DNA of 63,484 nucleotides, filler included, from Dugesia japonica (lineage: Eukaryota), in the NCBI GenBank assembly GCA_001938525.1. It is 6 parts of 6 records of this genome, joined end to end, with 100 filler letters (N's around TTAATTAATTAA, not from the genome) between each part and the next. Parts side by side here need not be neighbours in the genome. Positions count along the whole stretch, not along the records: positions 55,420 to 63,484 come from MQRL01623149.1; 5 more parts are not named here. One strand, given 5' to 3'. The translations under genes were made by a program, and so were the position numbers. Shown here piece after piece: positions 60,726 to 63,484 of this stretch (the first letter of the stretch is position 1; every line of letters begins with the position of its first letter). Below the pieces are notes generated by a model. The model had not been told where the DNA came from and did no database searches. It saw only the letters and a list, made by a program, of their open reading frames with translations.

Positions 60726-62954
60726 CATTATAATCCATAATTTAACTCCAGATAGGTTTGTTAGCTCTTAATTATTTTTCTCATTTCTAGAGAAAGTCCT
60801 TTAATTGCTGTTCCATCATAATTCCTATTTAATTTTCACCATAACCTGAAGTAGTTGTTATGACTAATCAACAACTATAAATAAATTATTTAATTGAGTA
60901 AATAGGTGTTGACAACTAGTGGTTTCATAAAAAAAGTCGATAAATAAATCGATATTGTAATTCTTAAACCTGTAGTGCGCAATAATTAGGAAAAAAATCG
61001 AATTTTTATACTCTACGCCCAACCATCTATATCACATGACCCCCCCCAACTTATTCTCTGATCGCCAAGATCGTTCACAATCACACCTTTAAAATTTAAA
61101 GTTAAAAGCTTTATTTTTCTAGAGTAAAATTCCTCATATTATCCCCAAATTATCCTCAGAATTATAAAAAAACTCGTTGCTATCAACTCATCTGTAGCTT
61201 CTACATCCTGGTACCGCTGACCTCCGAGATGAAACCGACTAAGCGTGTCTTGTGGAGATGTTCCCTTTTTTGAAAGGTGGATTTAGATGAAGAATGAGCG
61301 GTATGGTCATTTAAATCCACATTTGATTTTGATAATTTTTTTAGTCAAATATCATTTAAATTGTTATTTTTCTTCATCGAACAAATGTAGAAGATAAGCT
61401 AGAGTCGATCGATAAAACCTCGCATTGGATGAACGATTGAAAAGCGGGCAAATGACACCGCAGAAAGATGAGCATATTACCAATAGACTCCTGGTCAAAT
61501 GAACAGCAAACTGTTATCCCACCGTCTTCCTTCACTCTTTACAGCAGAATATAATCAAGGACAGTAAGTATAAATGAAAATATATATAATTATCAATGGT
61601 ATTTTGTTATATAACCTCTTTTTCTTAATTTTCTAAGCTAAGTCATCCATGCCCGTGAAAAAGTTCTGAGAAGATAGCGACGACCAAGAAATGTATGGGA
61701 TGTTGGGCTAACAATCATCATTGAATTATTTTTCTCAGAATGCAGTGTATAATAAAAAACTAATTTGTCACCTAATCGATGTCGTGTTCAATTGGATTGA
61801 GACCACGATAAAAGTACTAAATGAATTATTTTTGACTTACCATCAATAATAAGTGATGAAGAAATTAAGGGTAAATTAAACAATTTTAAATAAAGGAGAT
61901 AATAATAAGCTCATGATGCCTTAGTCCGATCAATATTAAAACTTATTTCTGAGTAATTAAACAATGAGAATTTTACCTTTACGATATGAAAACAATCTAT
62001 TAGCTGGTACCAAATTAATAAAAGATAATAAGTATTATATGACTTCGCAAAATAGGACGAAGTTACTATAATGAATCAGAATTTTCAACAAAAAAATTAA
62101 ATTGATTAAAACTGAATAAACGTTGAGAAATTTAATATGACAAACTAATTACGATAGCATTAATAGTGATTGTGCCGATTAACTCAAAATGAAATAACCT
62201 TAAATAAATCCTTTAAAATTGCAATTTAAGAAATTAATACTAAACAAATCGATTAAGTTAAAATCCATATAAAACATGACATCCTAATAAAATGCAACCA
62301 TTCATAAATCTATAAAATTAAATGTTTTTCACACACCCATACGTTTCCCGCAGAACTCTACATTCAATTTCATTTTATTAATTATATTGTGATTCTGGAC
62401 AAATAATGGTTCTATTGTTAGATTTCATTTTACAAATCTCCTATTCCAATGAATATTCCAAATGAATGGAAAAACATCAACGCAGAAAGAACAGACCACA
62501 GCCCCTGGTAGATTCAACCCAATTATGGTACACCATCTTGATATGTGCATTAGATAATTGGATTCCCAACTAAATCGCCGACAACCAATGTGATTGTGTT
62601 GGATGAATGGAGAGCCTGCTGTCAAAACAGTTAGACCTTATTGGCAGTTACAGTGTCCAGTTTTGGAATCAACTTTCAGTAACTCCATCTTGCCCCCCTT
62701 CGGATGATGTGCAATTATTGCCCACTGCGGAATTGTGAATAATGTATGTACGATATATTACTCCAGATGAACCCCTATCCAGAAACTAAGCCATAAAAAT
62801 TAATTTATGAAATTGGAAGATGTGTACTACAATAACTAGTATCAATAAAATATTATTCAGGATCCTGCTCATAAATATGAAACATTTATTAGATAAAATA
62901 AAAAATATATATTAACATCAGTAATAAAAACTTTATTAAAACCGAAATAAATCC

Positions 62955-63310
62955 TTGATCAGCGTGAAGTATGCGCCTACTTAGTGCTGTAGACTTTGTC
63001 CAAACATGACTAGTTGTTTGACAGATATGCGAATATCGGCTTCTAAACTCAGTCTTCGTCTGTATTTTGTTTTTATGACAGTAACCGCAAAAAAAGTTGA
63101 TTCGCAGAAGTAGGTCGTTGCAAATGCCAACAGAATATTGATGGCTTTCTCTGACATCAGTGGATATTCCTGAGAACATGCAATTCATAATGACAACAGC
63201 GATTTCCTGTTGAACTGCATGCAGATTGTTATATCAGATGATAATCCAACCAGTTATTATTCACGTTTAATTAAATCAGTAAACTGATATTCAAATGGAT
63301 TTTGAATCCA
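62955..63310 (-). pseudogene. hAT Charlie/Buster (ZBED5/FAM200-like) transposase C-terminal remnant
   Basis: SQEYPLMSEKAINILLAFATTYFCESTFFAVTVIKTKYRRRLSLEADIRI, read in a different frame from the ORF track. Confidence 0.88.
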
Positions 63311-63484
63311 ATAATACTTGCTTATGTAATCGTCTCCAAAATACTTATGTTAACAATCAAAGTTGCATTAAATATTGTATTATATATAACTATTACTAGT
63401 GCTAGAAGTCTGTTTAATTACCATAATATTTATTAATGAAAATCTAGAAAATGAGGAATAAGTATATATGTAATTATGATTTGA

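Noticed and set aside
62425-62790. SWIM-finger-like VDSKTGHCNCQ and ORF 62425-62625
   Set aside because: Motif incomplete and interrupted; cannot be assigned.

Overview
Very AT-rich, repeat-dense animal genomic DNA from a gapped draft assembly. (AAT)n tracts, spliceosomal introns and the mariner/hAT/Penelope content suggest a flatworm such as a planarian (inference only). The window is six unrelated scaffolds joined by five identical artificial spacers (N44-TTAATTAATTAA-N44), so neighbourhoods across those spacers are not real. Host genes: an intact single-exon SPR/MIP-receptor-like class A GPCR (5148-6248, -), three internal SIRT3 exons (36683-43863, +) and two exons of a CXorf65/C22orf15-like gene (27204-27456, +). 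The ORF track misses the CXorf65-like gene and two of the three SIRT3 exons. Most other sequence is decayed transposons: several hAT lineages, four mariners, an IS630/Tc1-like remnant, piggyBac, Ty3/Gypsy, a Maverick-type integrase and MITEs. The most notable system is a family of tiny (about 50-240 bp) insertions found at six loci, five with 11-16 bp target-site duplications. They show inversions, a shared end and an optional tail, and carry a minimal type I hammerhead ribozyme. Its short helix III stays palindromic in two subfamilies (AAUU vs AUAU), which points to Penelope-like or retrozyme-like non-autonomous retroposons with dimer-dependent self-cleavage.
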